From the NCBI GenBank assembly GCA_963707985.1, contig CAVPRW010000024.1, positions 32,001 to 96,000 on the forward strand: 64,000 nt of DNA, read 5' to 3'. The translations under genes and the position numbers were made by a program. Below the pieces are notes generated by a model. It was not told the origin of the DNA. It saw only the letters and a program-made list of their open reading frames with translations, and did no database searches. Origin of the DNA: an uncultured Nitrospinota bacterium. GTDB taxonomy: Bacteria > Tectomicrobia > Entotheonellia > J063 > CAVPRW01. Below are positions 54,249-64,000 of this stretch, piece after piece (position 1 is the stretch's first letter; every line of letters begins with the position of its first letter).

Positions 54249-54362
54249 CGTCAGAGCTCTATCCTGCCTCATCTTGCTGTGAACATGCTATTTGCCACGC
54301 GACTGTATAGCATGGGACGGATGCTGATGTTGACGAATATATAGCCCTAATGAAACACTACA

Positions 54363-54391
54363 CGAATATCAGAGTGTACAATATCTGTCAA
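54363..54391 (-). promoter_or_regulatory. Sigma70-type promoter for leader-aroF
   Basis: Minus strand TTGACA-17-TATTCG with an extended -10 TGn. Confidence 0.6.
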
Positions 54392-54421
54392 GAAAAAAAT
54401 GCATGCGTACACTCCGTGACA

Positions 54422-55864
54422 TTACCCGCCTGACGAGACCCGATCGGCAGAGCTGGCGATCCATTCTAGGGCATGGCGGAGACGGCTGAGGACCCGTTCC
54501 CGTCCTAAAATCGCCATCACTTCGTGAATGCCGGGGCTTACTGTGCCCCCGGTGAGGGCAACTCGCGCTGGCTGAGCAATATCGCCGAGCTTCAATCCAG
54601 ACTCCGCCAGCAATTGCTGAAAGACCCGCTCGATCGAAGCTTCATCGAAGGTGGGCAGATCTTCCAGAGCCTTGACCAACCGCGCGAGCAGCGCTGCGCT
54701 CTCAGCCGTGAAAAATTTCGCCGCGGCTTTACCGTCGTAGACGATGTCATCGGTGAAGTAGAACCGCAGCCATTGGGTCATCTCGACCAAAGTTTTGCTG
54801 CGTTCGCGCACCGAGTCCAGCGCTCTGGCAAGATACGCGCGGTCGACGTCATCCAACGATTTCACGATCCCCTCTCGTATCATATGCGGGAGTAACTCGT
54901 CCATAAGACGTTCAGACGGCAGCGTGCGGAGATAATGTGCGTTTAGCCAGAGCAATTTGTCAGGGTTAAAAATCGCCGCCGCCTTATTGAGCTCGGCCAA
55001 GGAGAATTGCGCAATCAGTTCCTCCTTAGTGAAAATCTCCTGATCACCATGCGCCCAGCCCAGGCGCGCCAGATAATTGAGCAATGCCTCTGGCAGGTAT
55101 CCCATGTCTCGATAGGCCAGGACCGAGGTCGCCCCGTGGCGCTTACTGAGGCGCCCCTTATCTGCGCCCAGGATCATGGAGACATGGCCAAACTCTGGCA
55201 ACGGATAATCCAGGGCCTGGTAGATGAGGATCTGACGGGGTGTATTGGGAATGTGATCGTCGCCACGGATGACATGCGTGATGCGCATGGTGACGTCGTC
55301 GACGACCACTGCGAAATTGTAGGTCGGCGTCTCATCCGAGCGCAGGATGATCAAGTCATCCAACTCACTATTCTCAAAGGTCAATTCACCATGAATGAGG
55401 TCGACGAAACGCGTCTGCCCCTCCAACGGCGCCTTCAGGCGGATCGCCGCTTTACGATCAGCCGGAGGGTGTTGCAACTCTCGGCAGCGACGGTCATATC
55501 GCGGCGATTCCCCCCGCCGCAGCGCCTCGTCGCGTCGCTCCCGTAATTCCTGCGGCGAACAGTAGCAATAATAGGCTTTAGCCGCTTCGACCAAGCGATG
55601 GGCATGGGCTTGATAAATCTCCAGACGCTCCGTCTGCCGATAGGGCCCTTCGTCCCAATCTATCCCCAACCACGTCAAGCTCTCGATGATAACTTGGATC
55701 GACTCTTCAGTCGAGCGTGTGCGATCGGTGTCCTCTATGCGCAACACAAAAACCCCGCCGCAATGGCGGGCATACAACCAGTTGAAGAGTGCGGTCCGTA
55801 CTCCCCCGATATGGAGGTGCCCGGTAGGACTAGGCGGAAACCGCACACGAACCGTCTGTATCAT
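54422..55864 (-). CDS. gltX: Glutamate--tRNA ligase
   Basis: RFPPSPTGHLHIGG, RIEDTD, IRGDDH, LSKRHG. Confidence 0.97.
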   Translation of the reverse strand: MIQTVRVRFPPSPTGHLHIGGVRTALFNWLYARHCGGVFVLRIEDTDRTRSTEESIQVIIESLTWLGIDWDEGPYRQTERLEIYQAHAHRLVEAAKAYYCYCSPQELRERRDEALRRGESPRYDRRCRELQHPPADRKAAIRLKAPLEGQTRFVDLIHGELTFENSELDDLIILRSDETPTYNFAVVVDDVTMRITHVIRGDDHIPNTPRQILIYQALDYPLPEFGHVSMILGADKGRLSKRHGATSVLAYRDMGYLPEALLNYLARLGWAHGDQEIFTKEELIAQFSLAELNKAAAIFNPDKLLWLNAHYLRTLPSERLMDELLPHMIREGIVKSLDDVDRAYLARALDSVRERSKTLVEMTQWLRFYFTDDIVYDGKAAAKFFTAESAALLARLVKALEDLPTFDEASIERVFQQLLAESGLKLGDIAQPARVALTGGTVSPGIHEVMAILGRERVLSRLRHALEWIASSADRVSSGG

Positions 55865-55887
55865 AGTACTCCCTTTCGTCAAGCCGA

Positions 55888-57102
55888 TCACCGGCCTGCC
55901 CCATCCCAGTATGGGGGGGTGGCGTGCAGGAGGTCAGCATACTTCAGGCCGCTGCCGGTATTGAACAACACCACCCGTTCATGGGCCTGAATCCATCCTT
56001 GTTGGCAGAGGCTCTGCAATGCGGCAACCGTGGCCGCCCCCTCGGGGCAGGCAAAGACGCCCTCGCTGGCAGCTAACTGGCGCTGTGCCTGCGCCATCTG
56101 CTCGTCCGAAACCGCCACCGCCGTTCCTTCACTGTCCCGTACCGCCTGCAGAATCAAAAAGTCAGCGAACGCCTTCGGCACACGTAAGCCAGACGCCAAG
56201 GTCTGGGCGTTCGGCCATAGCGGCGCCTCACTGGCACCTTCAGCGAAGGCCTTGACGATGGGAGCACAGCCCTCCGCCTGCACGACCACCATGCGCGGCC
56301 GGTGATCATCGATCCAGCCTAATGCGTGCAGCTCGGCAAAGGCCTTCCACATGCCGATCAGCCCGGTGCCACCCCCGGTTGGATAGAGAATGACATCAGG
56401 AAGATGCCAATCAAACGCTTCGGCCAGCTCAAGCCCCATGGTCTTTTTGCCTTCCAGACGATATGGCTCTTTCAAGGTCGACATATCAAACCAACCATGT
56501 TCGGCTTGGCCTTCCTGCACGATGCGGCCAGCATCATTGATCAAGCCTTTGATGACATAGACATGAGCCCCAAGGATTATGCACTCCTGCAGGATCATCG
56601 GTGGGGTGTCATCAGGTGCGAAGACATATGAATCGAGTCCCGCCGCCGCCGCGTATGCGGCCATGGCACTGCCGGCATTGCCGGCCGTTGGGATGGCCAG
56701 TTTGCGCAAGCCAAGCTCTTTAGCCTTGGAGACTGCCATGGCCAGGCCGCGCGCCTTGAACGTCCCAGTGGGATTGTAGCCTTCTTCCTTCAAGTAGAGA
56801 TGTCGAAGACCAAGCTCCGATCCGAGCCGGCGGAGAGGTAACAGCGGTGTGCCCCCTTCTCCAAGGGTAATGATGTTGGCCGCATCCAGCACCGGCAAGA
56901 GTTCGCGGTAGCGCCACAGGCCAGGCGGCCGTCGGGTGCAGTCGCTACGGCGCACATAGCGCTTGATCGATGCCAGATCATAACGCGCCAGCAACGGCCG
57001 GCCGCAGGCACAAACGTTCGTTGGCTGCCGCCCTGAGTAGCGCTGCCCGCAGACAGGACATTCGAGGTGCGAAAAATAGCTCTGATGTGTGTCAGCAGCC
57101 AT
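55888..57102 (-). CDS. Threonine synthase-like PLP enzyme (paralogue 2)
   Basis: Zn ribbon, LGEGGTPL, NPTGTFKARG, PTAGNAG, KEPYRLEGKKT, FNTGSGLKY. Confidence 0.88.
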   Translation of the reverse strand: MAADTHQSYFSHLECPVCGQRYSGRQPTNVCACGRPLLARYDLASIKRYVRRSDCTRRPPGLWRYRELLPVLDAANIITLGEGGTPLLPLRRLGSELGLRHLYLKEEGYNPTGTFKARGLAMAVSKAKELGLRKLAIPTAGNAGSAMAAYAAAAGLDSYVFAPDDTPPMILQECIILGAHVYVIKGLINDAGRIVQEGQAEHGWFDMSTLKEPYRLEGKKTMGLELAEAFDWHLPDVILYPTGGGTGLIGMWKAFAELHALGWIDDHRPRMVVVQAEGCAPIVKAFAEGASEAPLWPNAQTLASGLRVPKAFADFLILQAVRDSEGTAVAVSDEQMAQAQRQLAASEGVFACPEGAATVAALQSLCQQGWIQAHERVVLFNTGSGLKYADLLHATPPYWDGAGR

Positions 57103-57736
57103 AGGTCCTCACATCATCCGCTCCGCGTCCGGTCTTCCAATGTCCTCATGACGAGCAGAGGGGAGAGAAGTTTTGGGGAGATTACGTCGTGCATAGCGCA
57201 GCCAACTCCACCCGTCCAGATCACTGTTGACTTCTGCCTTGGTCAAGTGGTGTACCAGCGCCTGACCGATACCCCCAAGCGCCAGATACGCTAGGAGTGC
57301 TGTCATGATGGGATCGCTACTACTCGTGGTGCTGTGCGGTTGAGACAGAACCTGTTATGGTCCCTGAGGAGCATACGCCTGCATCCCAACGATTGGAGAC
57401 GAATCCTCCCGGCAGGTGAACGCCTACACGGCAAATCGAGGGACACCGAAGTCACCCATACAGCGCCCCAGCAACCGAACCTGACTAGCCAATGCCGAAG
57501 TGTGATACCGACCGCTTTGACCAACCGTGGCACGCGCCAAGGCGGCAGGCAGCGTGTCACCGCCGCTGTCAAGATCTCCAGCATTGCCGATAGGAAAAGC
57601 CCCTCGACCCTACGTATACATCGCCTTCCTATTGTTTCCCTTGCCCCATGCTACGGTCTACCTAGAAGGAACGCAAGTCCAACCATGCTGGGCGTCGACC
57701 GGCAAGTCATGGCGAGTTGCAAGGATCGGGATGCCG

Positions 57737-58102
57737 TTAAGTTTTGGATTCTGTAGATGAGACCTTTTCAGTGGTTGTACTTGCGGTGCTGGTCGCGGTG
57801 GATTTGCTCTCACCGGTGGATTTGCTCTCACCGGTGGATTTGCTCTCACCGGTGGATTTGCTCTCCCCGGTGGATTTGCTCTCACTGCTACTTTTTTCTT
57901 GCGACATCGCCTTTTTACGTGACTCCGAAGGATAATCAGTCACGTACCAGCCGTCTCCCTTGAGCACAAACGACGTCTGGGAAATGAGTCGGCGTACATG
58001 TCCCCCGCATTTTTCGCAGGTTGCCAGGAGAGGTTCTGTCATGCGCTGCATCACTTCGAACCGACGATTGCAATTTTCACACTGATACTCGTAGATTGGC
58101 AT
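57737..58102 (-). CDS. FmdB-family zinc-ribbon protein
   Basis: [11 protein letters not shown]...CEKCGG...[13 protein letters not shown] plus a low-complexity tail. Confidence 0.92.
   Translation of the reverse strand: MPIYEYQCENCNRRFEVMQRMTEPLLATCEKCGGHVRRLISQTSFVLKGDGWYVTDYPSESRKKAMSQEKSSSESKSTGESKSTGESKSTGESKSTGESKSTATSTASTTTEKVSSTESKT
57796..57885. repeat. 18-bp tandem repeat x5 (encodes the STGESK repeats)
   Basis: Contiguous CGGTGGATTTGCTCTC(A/C)C units with no spacers. Confidence 0.95.
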
Positions 58103-58228
58103 ATCCCTCGCTCAACCTCCCGTGTCTCCGGACAAGTATTCGGAGGATTCTCTAGGATCGACTCATGTCCACTTGCGATCGTTGAATGGGCAGCCTATAT
58201 CAGGCTACTCATGACCACTTGACGAACT

Positions 58229-59170
58229 CTACAAATAGGTCAACCACTCCTTGAAACGTTCATCCTTGCCATGGACGATGTCGAAAAATTGGCGCTGCAG
58301 CCGCTTCGTCAGAGGCCCCGGTTTGCCAGTGCCGATGGCACGCTTATCGACTTCACGGACCGGGGTGATCTCGGCGGCCGTGCCCGTGAAAAACATCTCG
58401 TCCGCAATATAGAGCTCGTCCCGAGAGAGGGGTTCCTCGCGTAGGGGGATCCCTTCGAGACGCGCGAGCTCAATGACCGAGGCGCGCGTGATGCCCTCCA
58501 GGATTGACATCGAGGGCGGGGTCTTCAGCATGCCGTGACGAACCATGAAGACGTTTTCCCCAGAGCCTTCAGCCACATAGCCCGTGGGGTCAAGCAACAA
58601 GGCCTCGTCGTAACCGGTCTGCACGGCTTCGACCTTGGCTAACTGTGAGTTGGCGTAATTGCCCACGACCTTGGCCTTGGTCATCATAATGTTGGGATGG
58701 TGACGCGTGAATGAAGAGATCCGCACTCGAATCCCCGAGGCCAGACCTTCTTCGCCCAGGTATGCCCCCCAGGGCCAGGCAGCGATGGCGACGCGAATGG
58801 GGATCCCTAGCGGATTAAGCCCCAACTTGCCATAGCCGACATAGACCAGAGGCCGGATGTAACACTCCTCCAGAGCGTTTTCGTGCACCGTCTGTTTGAT
58901 AGCCGAGATGATTTGCTCTTCGGTGAAGGGGAGCTGCATGCCGATGATTTGTACCCCATCCAAGAGGCGGCTCACATGTTCCGCTAGGCGAAAGATCGCT
59001 GGTCCTCGAGGGGTTTTATAGCAGCGAATCCCCTCAAAAAGCCCCAGGCCATAGTGCAAGGTATGGGTTAGGATGTGGACGCGAGCCTCTCCCCAGTCAA
59101 CCATGGTTCCGTCCATCCAAATACGCGTGCCGGGGATGCCATCCATCCATACCTCGTTTCCCATCGTCAT
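58229..59170 (-). CDS. ilvE: Branched-chain amino acid aminotransferase
   Basis: HTLHYG..FEG, YIRP, AKVVGNY, EGSGEN, LEGITR, GTAAE. Confidence 0.96.
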   Translation of the reverse strand: MTMGNEVWMDGIPGTRIWMDGTMVDWGEARVHILTHTLHYGLGLFEGIRCYKTPRGPAIFRLAEHVSRLLDGVQIIGMQLPFTEEQIISAIKQTVHENALEECYIRPLVYVGYGKLGLNPLGIPIRVAIAAWPWGAYLGEEGLASGIRVRISSFTRHHPNIMMTKAKVVGNYANSQLAKVEAVQTGYDEALLLDPTGYVAEGSGENVFMVRHGMLKTPPSMSILEGITRASVIELARLEGIPLREEPLSRDELYIADEMFFTGTAAEITPVREVDKRAIGTGKPGPLTKRLQRQFFDIVHGKDERFKEWLTYL

Positions 59171-59680
59171 GAGCTCGCTCCTCTCTCAAGCTAGCGCTCA
59201 GCGTAGCAATTGAAACTTATAAAGTAGGCTACCATAGGAACGGCAACCGGTGCAAGGAGAAAGTCCCGCTACGGGTATGATGCTGCGGGGGTGAAGCAGT
59301 TGCGGGAGAGATGGCGAGCGGAAATCCAAGTACCTCGTCGACACGCAACTCGCCCATGTACATTTTGACAAATACTAGAGATTATCACTCATGGATCCCT
59401 CAAATTTTGAGCGGTTTCAAACATTGTGGCAGGGTTTCAGTCGTAAAGGAGGTGCACCATGACTGCGACCCTGACCAATCGCAGTGAACGCGTCGATGAC
59501 ACAGCAATTCCCGCTAATAGCTTTGCAGCCTCTGCGCGTGATGTCGACAGAGCGATCAGTAGCGGATTGATCTTCCATAGTGGTCTCACGCCGGTCAACA
59601 CGTGATCTGGGCCTACGGAGACCACAACGATGAGGGATCGTCGGGTTCGCCAACCGACATGTCAGGGCGACAAACAGGGG

Positions 59681-60222
59681 TTACGAGGAATCCAAGGTCA
59701 AAAGAGGGCGAGGCTTCTCCACGCCGGAACAGAGGGCTTCGAACAATGCACGCACGGAATCCAGGCGGTCGTCATAGAACAATGATCGCCTGCGTTCCCA
59801 CAAGAGGTGGCCAAAACAGTACCGTTTAAGGCCGGAAGCATAACGGTGTATGACGGCTTTATCCCTCCCCTTGAGGACATAGCCGTGCCTGTATAACCAC
59901 CGACCAAACTGCTCGCCGGCGCGCGGATAGAGCCGCATGTTACTTGGGACACACCCTTGGTGGGAGAAGAAGGCCGCGAGGTCGTCCAGATACAACCCCA
60001 GTGGACCACACCGTAACCGGGCAATCACGCGTGTTTATCCATAGACGTGATCGACCATGGGCTCCTCTTTTTCCGCAATAGTTGACTGGAAAAAGAGGAG
60101 GATCCCATGTCTGGATCATGCCGAGTAGGGTGGACGGGAACGTATTAACTCGACTGTGTGAGGGATGAACTCGGCATGGTCCGGGATTCGGGAGGATTGT
60201 CGTCACGCGGAGCTCGGCATGA
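59681..60222 (-). mobile_element. Decayed tyrosine-recombinase (RIT-like) element remnant
   Basis: RLRCGPLGLYLDDLA...QG...F.RWL resembles RitA N-termini; stop soon after ATG 60058; three CATGCCGAG-type repeats at 60116-60222. Confidence 0.55.
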
Positions 60223-60252
60223 CGGTGCTTACGCCTAGAGCCCCTGATAGCC

Positions 60253-60738
60253 TTATAACCGCTTCTGCAGGAACCAGTTCCGCACCGTGACGAGTTCACT
60301 GGACGTGTCCCCGAAGCCAAACCTTTGGTAGAGTCGTTGGGCGCCGTGGTTATCTTCTCGAACCTCCAGCGTCAGCTTGCAACACCCCAGCTCCCGGCCT
60401 TTGGCCTCGACTCCTTCGAGGAGGAGGCGCCCGATGCCTTGGCCCCGATACTCAGAGATGACAGCGAGATCATGAATATTCATCAGGGGACGTGCCGCGA
60501 AGGTTGAAAAACCCACAAAGCAGACGGCGATGCCGACAGGTATCGCATCATCGAACGCGAGCAGCACCAACGCTGTCGGATGCTGTCGAAGCCCTGGGAT
60601 CAGCCGATCACGAACCGCCGTGGGGAGATCTTGGCCGTCGCCCATGGGATCACGGGCATAGGCATTGACGAGCTGTAAGATGGCCGTCTGATGGTGGTAA
60701 TCGTTCAGGTCCGCTTCGATGATCGTAACCCCAGACAT
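60253..60738 (-). CDS. GNAT family N-acetyltransferase
   Basis: YARDPMG, FSTF, NIHDLAV, RGQGIG, KLTLEV, LYQRFGF. Confidence 0.93.
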   Translation of the reverse strand: MSGVTIIEADLNDYHHQTAILQLVNAYARDPMGDGQDLPTAVRDRLIPGLRQHPTALVLLAFDDAIPVGIAVCFVGFSTFAARPLMNIHDLAVISEYRGQGIGRLLLEGVEAKGRELGCCKLTLEVREDNHGAQRLYQRFGFGDTSSELVTVRNWFLQKRL

Positions 60739-60791
60739 ATCAGAACACCCTCATGGCCATCATCGGTGCCCGTCTATTGAAGCGTGCTGGC

Positions 60792-62546
60792 TCATTCGGC
60801 TTCTTGTGCGTCCATGGCTATGGATTCGGCGCTCGGGGGTGGTACCTCAAACACCGGGCGTTTCCGGAACCGAAAGTCGCCCGCCAGGGCCTTCTGCACG
60901 AGCTTATCGCGATCGTAGAGGTCATGACCGAAATTGACCCGCCCGTCAGGCCCAATCCAGGCAGTCCAATAGAGCAGTACTATAGGGACGGGGTTGTGCA
61001 GGAGGACGGTTCGGGTCTTACCCGACTCGACGACCCTGTCGATGGCCTTGCGGTTCCATTGCGCTTCGTCGTCCAGCAGCAAGCGGGCAAGATCCAGTGC
61101 GTTCTCGACCCGAATGCAGCCGGAGCTGAAGGCGCGTTCGGTGCGGTCGAACAGTTTCTGATTGGGCGTGTCATGCAGATAAACGGCGTGGTCATTGGGG
61201 AAAATGAATTTGACCCGCCCGAGGGCATTTCGCGGCCCGGGATCCTGCCGTAACGAGTAAGGTGAATAGCTGGCGGAGTAGCGCGACCAATCGATCTGCC
61301 AGGGCTCGACCGCTCTCCCGGCACGATCGATGACCTTCAGCCCTTTGCGCTGGACATAGGCAGGGTCCTGTTTCAGAAATGGGAGATAGTCCTGAGCCAG
61401 AATCGTCGGAGGTACTGTCCAGGTAGGATTGAACACCAGGTAGGTCATCTCGGCCTTGAAGCTCGGTGTCTGGCGGAGGGGTCGTCCCACCTGGGCGCGC
61501 CCTTGCCACACCATCTGACCCTCCTTGACATAGTAGGAATGATACCCAGCGACGTTCACCACGATAAAGGTGCTTTCAAGATTGTGCAGCATCCAGCGTC
61601 CCCGTTCCAGGTTCACGCGTAATTGTTGGATGCGCTCTTCGACTGGCACGTTCAGGGCCGCCACAGTTTCACGGCCAAGGCCGCCATCGGAGGCAAGCCC
61701 ATGGCGCCCTTGGAAAGCTTTCAAGGCCTCGACTAGGGTGCCGTCAAACGTCTGCGCGAGGTCGCCGGACCGTGGCGCGAGGTCGCCGGTAAGGCGTAAC
61801 CGTCGACGCAGCAGCGGGATACGCTCGTCATGCATCCCCGGCTTCAGGGATGGCCCCGACGGAATCTGTGGCCATCCCCCTGCCGCCTTAATGGTGCGAT
61901 ACCTTGCCAATGCCGCCTTCAGTTGGGTGTAAAACGCATGTCTGGGTTTCTCGCGATCGATGGCCTGATAGAGCGATTCGGAGTCGAGTGCCAGCTGGAT
62001 GGTGACGGCAGGGTCCGAGCCAGTGATTTCTCTCGACATATTCCAGCTTGGGTCCAACCGCTCGGGGTCGACCTTGCCAAACATCAGATGATAACTCAGG
62101 CGAACCAGGGCATCGGTGAGTAGAATGTCGAAGTCGGCCAGCATGGCAGGCATAGGCGTCGGACTCGCCTCCAACTCTCGCCGGAGCCACTCAAGTGCAG
62201 CGAGATGATAATCCCGTGGGTCGAGACCATCCGCCTCACTTTCTCTGATGGCACGAAACAAGTCCTCGATCGAGGTTTGCTTCAGCCAGGCGAGCTTGAA
62301 CTCCCGTCGCTCATAGAAGTCCGGCAGCACGATGTTCGAGGCGACAGACGCGTCACCGATCTTCAAGCTCTTGAAAAGTCTCTGCTGCTCGACCTTTTCT
62401 CGGATGAGCGCCTGGGTGTGATCGATCTCTGCCGCGGCAATGCTCAATCCAAGCACCAGGAGCGCTACGACGCCGCCGAGGAGGCAGAGAGGACGAGCTA
62501 GACAGAAGCCATGATGTTCCTGGTTGCGTGGTAGGTGGACCAACAT
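60792..62546 (-). CDS. Murein L,D-transpeptidase (YcbB/LdtD-like)
   Basis: PG-binding domain, NPTWTVP, NALGRVKF, YLHDTP...SSGCIRV. Confidence 0.94.
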   Translation of the reverse strand: MLVHLPRNQEHHGFCLARPLCLLGGVVALLVLGLSIAAAEIDHTQALIREKVEQQRLFKSLKIGDASVASNIVLPDFYERREFKLAWLKQTSIEDLFRAIRESEADGLDPRDYHLAALEWLRRELEASPTPMPAMLADFDILLTDALVRLSYHLMFGKVDPERLDPSWNMSREITGSDPAVTIQLALDSESLYQAIDREKPRHAFYTQLKAALARYRTIKAAGGWPQIPSGPSLKPGMHDERIPLLRRRLRLTGDLAPRSGDLAQTFDGTLVEALKAFQGRHGLASDGGLGRETVAALNVPVEERIQQLRVNLERGRWMLHNLESTFIVVNVAGYHSYYVKEGQMVWQGRAQVGRPLRQTPSFKAEMTYLVFNPTWTVPPTILAQDYLPFLKQDPAYVQRKGLKVIDRAGRAVEPWQIDWSRYSASYSPYSLRQDPGPRNALGRVKFIFPNDHAVYLHDTPNQKLFDRTERAFSSGCIRVENALDLARLLLDDEAQWNRKAIDRVVESGKTRTVLLHNPVPIVLLYWTAWIGPDGRVNFGHDLYDRDKLVQKALAGDFRFRKRPVFEVPPPSAESIAMDAQEAE

Positions 62547-62630
62547 GCGGACCTCGATGCTGACTTATCTGCATATCATTAGTATGACGATATTTTTACG
62601 ATACCGTACTATATCATAACACGTCCGGCT

Positions 62631-63239
62631 TTATTGCGGCATGACCAACGGCGAGGTTTCCCCCCACACGCCCTGGAACACAAAGCTCTCAATCGGTCTG
62701 CGGACCCGTGGGGCCAATTCACGCTGTTGGAGCTCCTCGGGTAAGATGGTGGGGTCCCCGAGGTACCCGAGCACGATCCCTGCCACGGGTTCAAAGCCAT
62801 CGGGAACGCCATAGAGCTCGCACACTCGGTCCGGATAGAACCCGGCCATCTGATGCACATAGAGCCCGAGGGCAGTCGCTTGGGTGATCAGATTGGCAAC
62901 CGCCAGGCCGACGTCATGGAAGGCGTGGCGATTGGGTTGACCGTTGGCATCGAACGTGAGCTTGGCCACCGAGACCATGAGGACCGGCGCGTGAGAGGCC
63001 CACTGCTGATTATTTTCACGCAGGCAGCTCAGAAGGCGTGTGTGCTCGGCTGCATGTTCCTTGGTCGCGACAACGAAGTACCAGGGCTGTTGATTAGCCG
63101 TCGAAGCCGCCCACCGAGCTGCCTCCCAGAGACTCAGGAGCTTCTCGGGTTCGACCGTGCGATCAGCGAAGGCGCGCGGACTCCAACGTCGTTTCAACAC
63201 CTCTTCGATCGGATAAGTCGTCTCCGCCGGTTTGTCCAT
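62631..63239 (-). CDS. Nitroreductase family protein
   Basis: RWSPRAF, EAARWA...NQQPW, HQMAGF. Confidence 0.92.
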   Translation of the reverse strand: MDKPAETTYPIEEVLKRRWSPRAFADRTVEPEKLLSLWEAARWAASTANQQPWYFVVATKEHAAEHTRLLSCLRENNQQWASHAPVLMVSVAKLTFDANGQPNRHAFHDVGLAVANLITQATALGLYVHQMAGFYPDRVCELYGVPDGFEPVAGIVLGYLGDPTILPEELQQRELAPRVRRPIESFVFQGVWGETSPLVMPQ

Positions 63240-63358
63240 CGTGAGCACTCCTTGTGATGTGTTTCCCATTGAGAGCGATGTGCACCCTTGAGCCCAGAGC
63301 TTCGGTAATCTCTGCTCCACATGCGAGAAGTATAGGCTCCATCTCGGCTTGAGGAGTC

Positions 63359-64000
63359 TTAGGTGCCGCCGAGTAGCTTCAATGCTCGGGCCACTATATG
63401 AGGGGTGTTGAATCCAAGTTTGTCCATCACCACCGCAGCAGGGGCCGAGGCACCAAACCGCGTCAGGCCGATGATGTCACCGTGGGGCCCAACGTAGTCG
63501 CGCCATCCTTGTGGCACCCCAGCCTCGATCGCCAGGCGTTTGCGCACTGCTGGTGGCAACACCGCGTCTCGATACGTTACTGGTTGCTGCTCAAAGAGCT
63601 CCCAGCTTGGCATGCTCACCACACGCGCCCTGACGCCGTGCTGGGCCAACTGCTGACGGGCTTCCACGGCCAGGGATACCTCTGACCCGCTGGCGATCAG
63701 GATGATGTCTGGTGTCTCCCCCTCGGCTTCGATCAGGATGTACGCCCCCCGCTCTAGGCCGTCAGCGGCAGCCATCTGGGAGCGGTCGAAGATCGGCAGA
63801 TTTTGCCGCGTGAGGACCAAGGCAACCGGACCATGTCGCTGGGTAAGGGCTATGCGCCAAGCCACCGTGGTTTCGTTGGCATCGGCCGGACGGATGACGG
63901 TGAGCTGAGGGATGGCGCGTAACGCGGCGAGATGCTCGATGGGTTGATGCGTCGGGCCGTCTTCTCCAAGAGCGATGCTGTCATGGGTGAAGATATAGAT
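63359..64000 (-). CDS. tkt: Transketolase, C-terminal part (5' end off window)
   Basis: THDSIALGEDGPTHQP at the window edge; LTRQNL, ASGSEV, VVSMPS, FGASAP. Confidence 0.96.
   Translation of the reverse strand: MYIFTHDSIALGEDGPTHQPIEHLAALRAIPQLTVIRPADANETTVAWRIALTQRHGPVALVLTRQNLPIFDRSQMAAADGLERGAYILIEAEGETPDIILIASGSEVSLAVEARQQLAQHGVRARVVSMPSWELFEQQPVTYRDAVLPPAVRKRLAIEAGVPQGWRDYVGPHGDIIGLTRFGASAPAAVVMDKLGFNTPHIVARALKLLGGT

Noticed and set aside
57340..57500. TPP riboswitch, 6S RNA or SRP RNA
   Set aside because: Only isolated words match (GAACCTG, TCAGGT); the remaining consensus and the expected length are absent.
57796..57885. Possible CRISPR array
   Set aside because: The repeats are contiguous with no spacers, lie in frame within a CDS, and there are no cas genes in the window.
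59171..59420. Leader-peptide attenuator for ilvE, or a tRNA
   Set aside because: No Ile/Leu/Val-rich uORF, no terminator and no cloverleaf found.

Overview
A high-GC chromosomal segment from a diderm bacterium (BamD, TonB-ExbBD, TonB-dependent receptor). Gene content and the IS type suggest a Tectomicrobia/'Entotheonella'-like organism, but that is inference only. In order: a xanthine-dehydrogenase-family trio; a dienelactone hydrolase; a bamD-sigma70-lytic transglycosylase-pgsA-plsY operon; a ~19 kb iron-acquisition island (DtxR/IdeR-type regulator, PiuB/Fiu/PiuC, ferritin-like protein, TonB-ExbBD, cytochrome c-FTR1, HemP, FbpABC); signalling genes; a sigma54/NtrC-type urea cluster (urtABCDE-ureABC-ureF-ureG-ureD). 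The urea cluster carries frameshifts, a collapsed ureE, and a ureFG duplication with hicAB between the copies. After it come a diguanylate cyclase broken by an IS1634 element and housekeeping genes (dinG/yoaA, aroF, gltX, thrC-like, ilvE, L,D-transpeptidase, tkt). Two observations stand out. (1) An apparently complete ribosome-mediated attenuator upstream of aroF, with a 31-aa leader carrying 9 Tyr plus Trp and Phe, and protector, antiterminator and terminator hairpins. (2) A dead IS1634 transposase whose inferred decay is almost entirely A>C/T>G transversions, including five TGA stops at expected Leu (TTA) positions.
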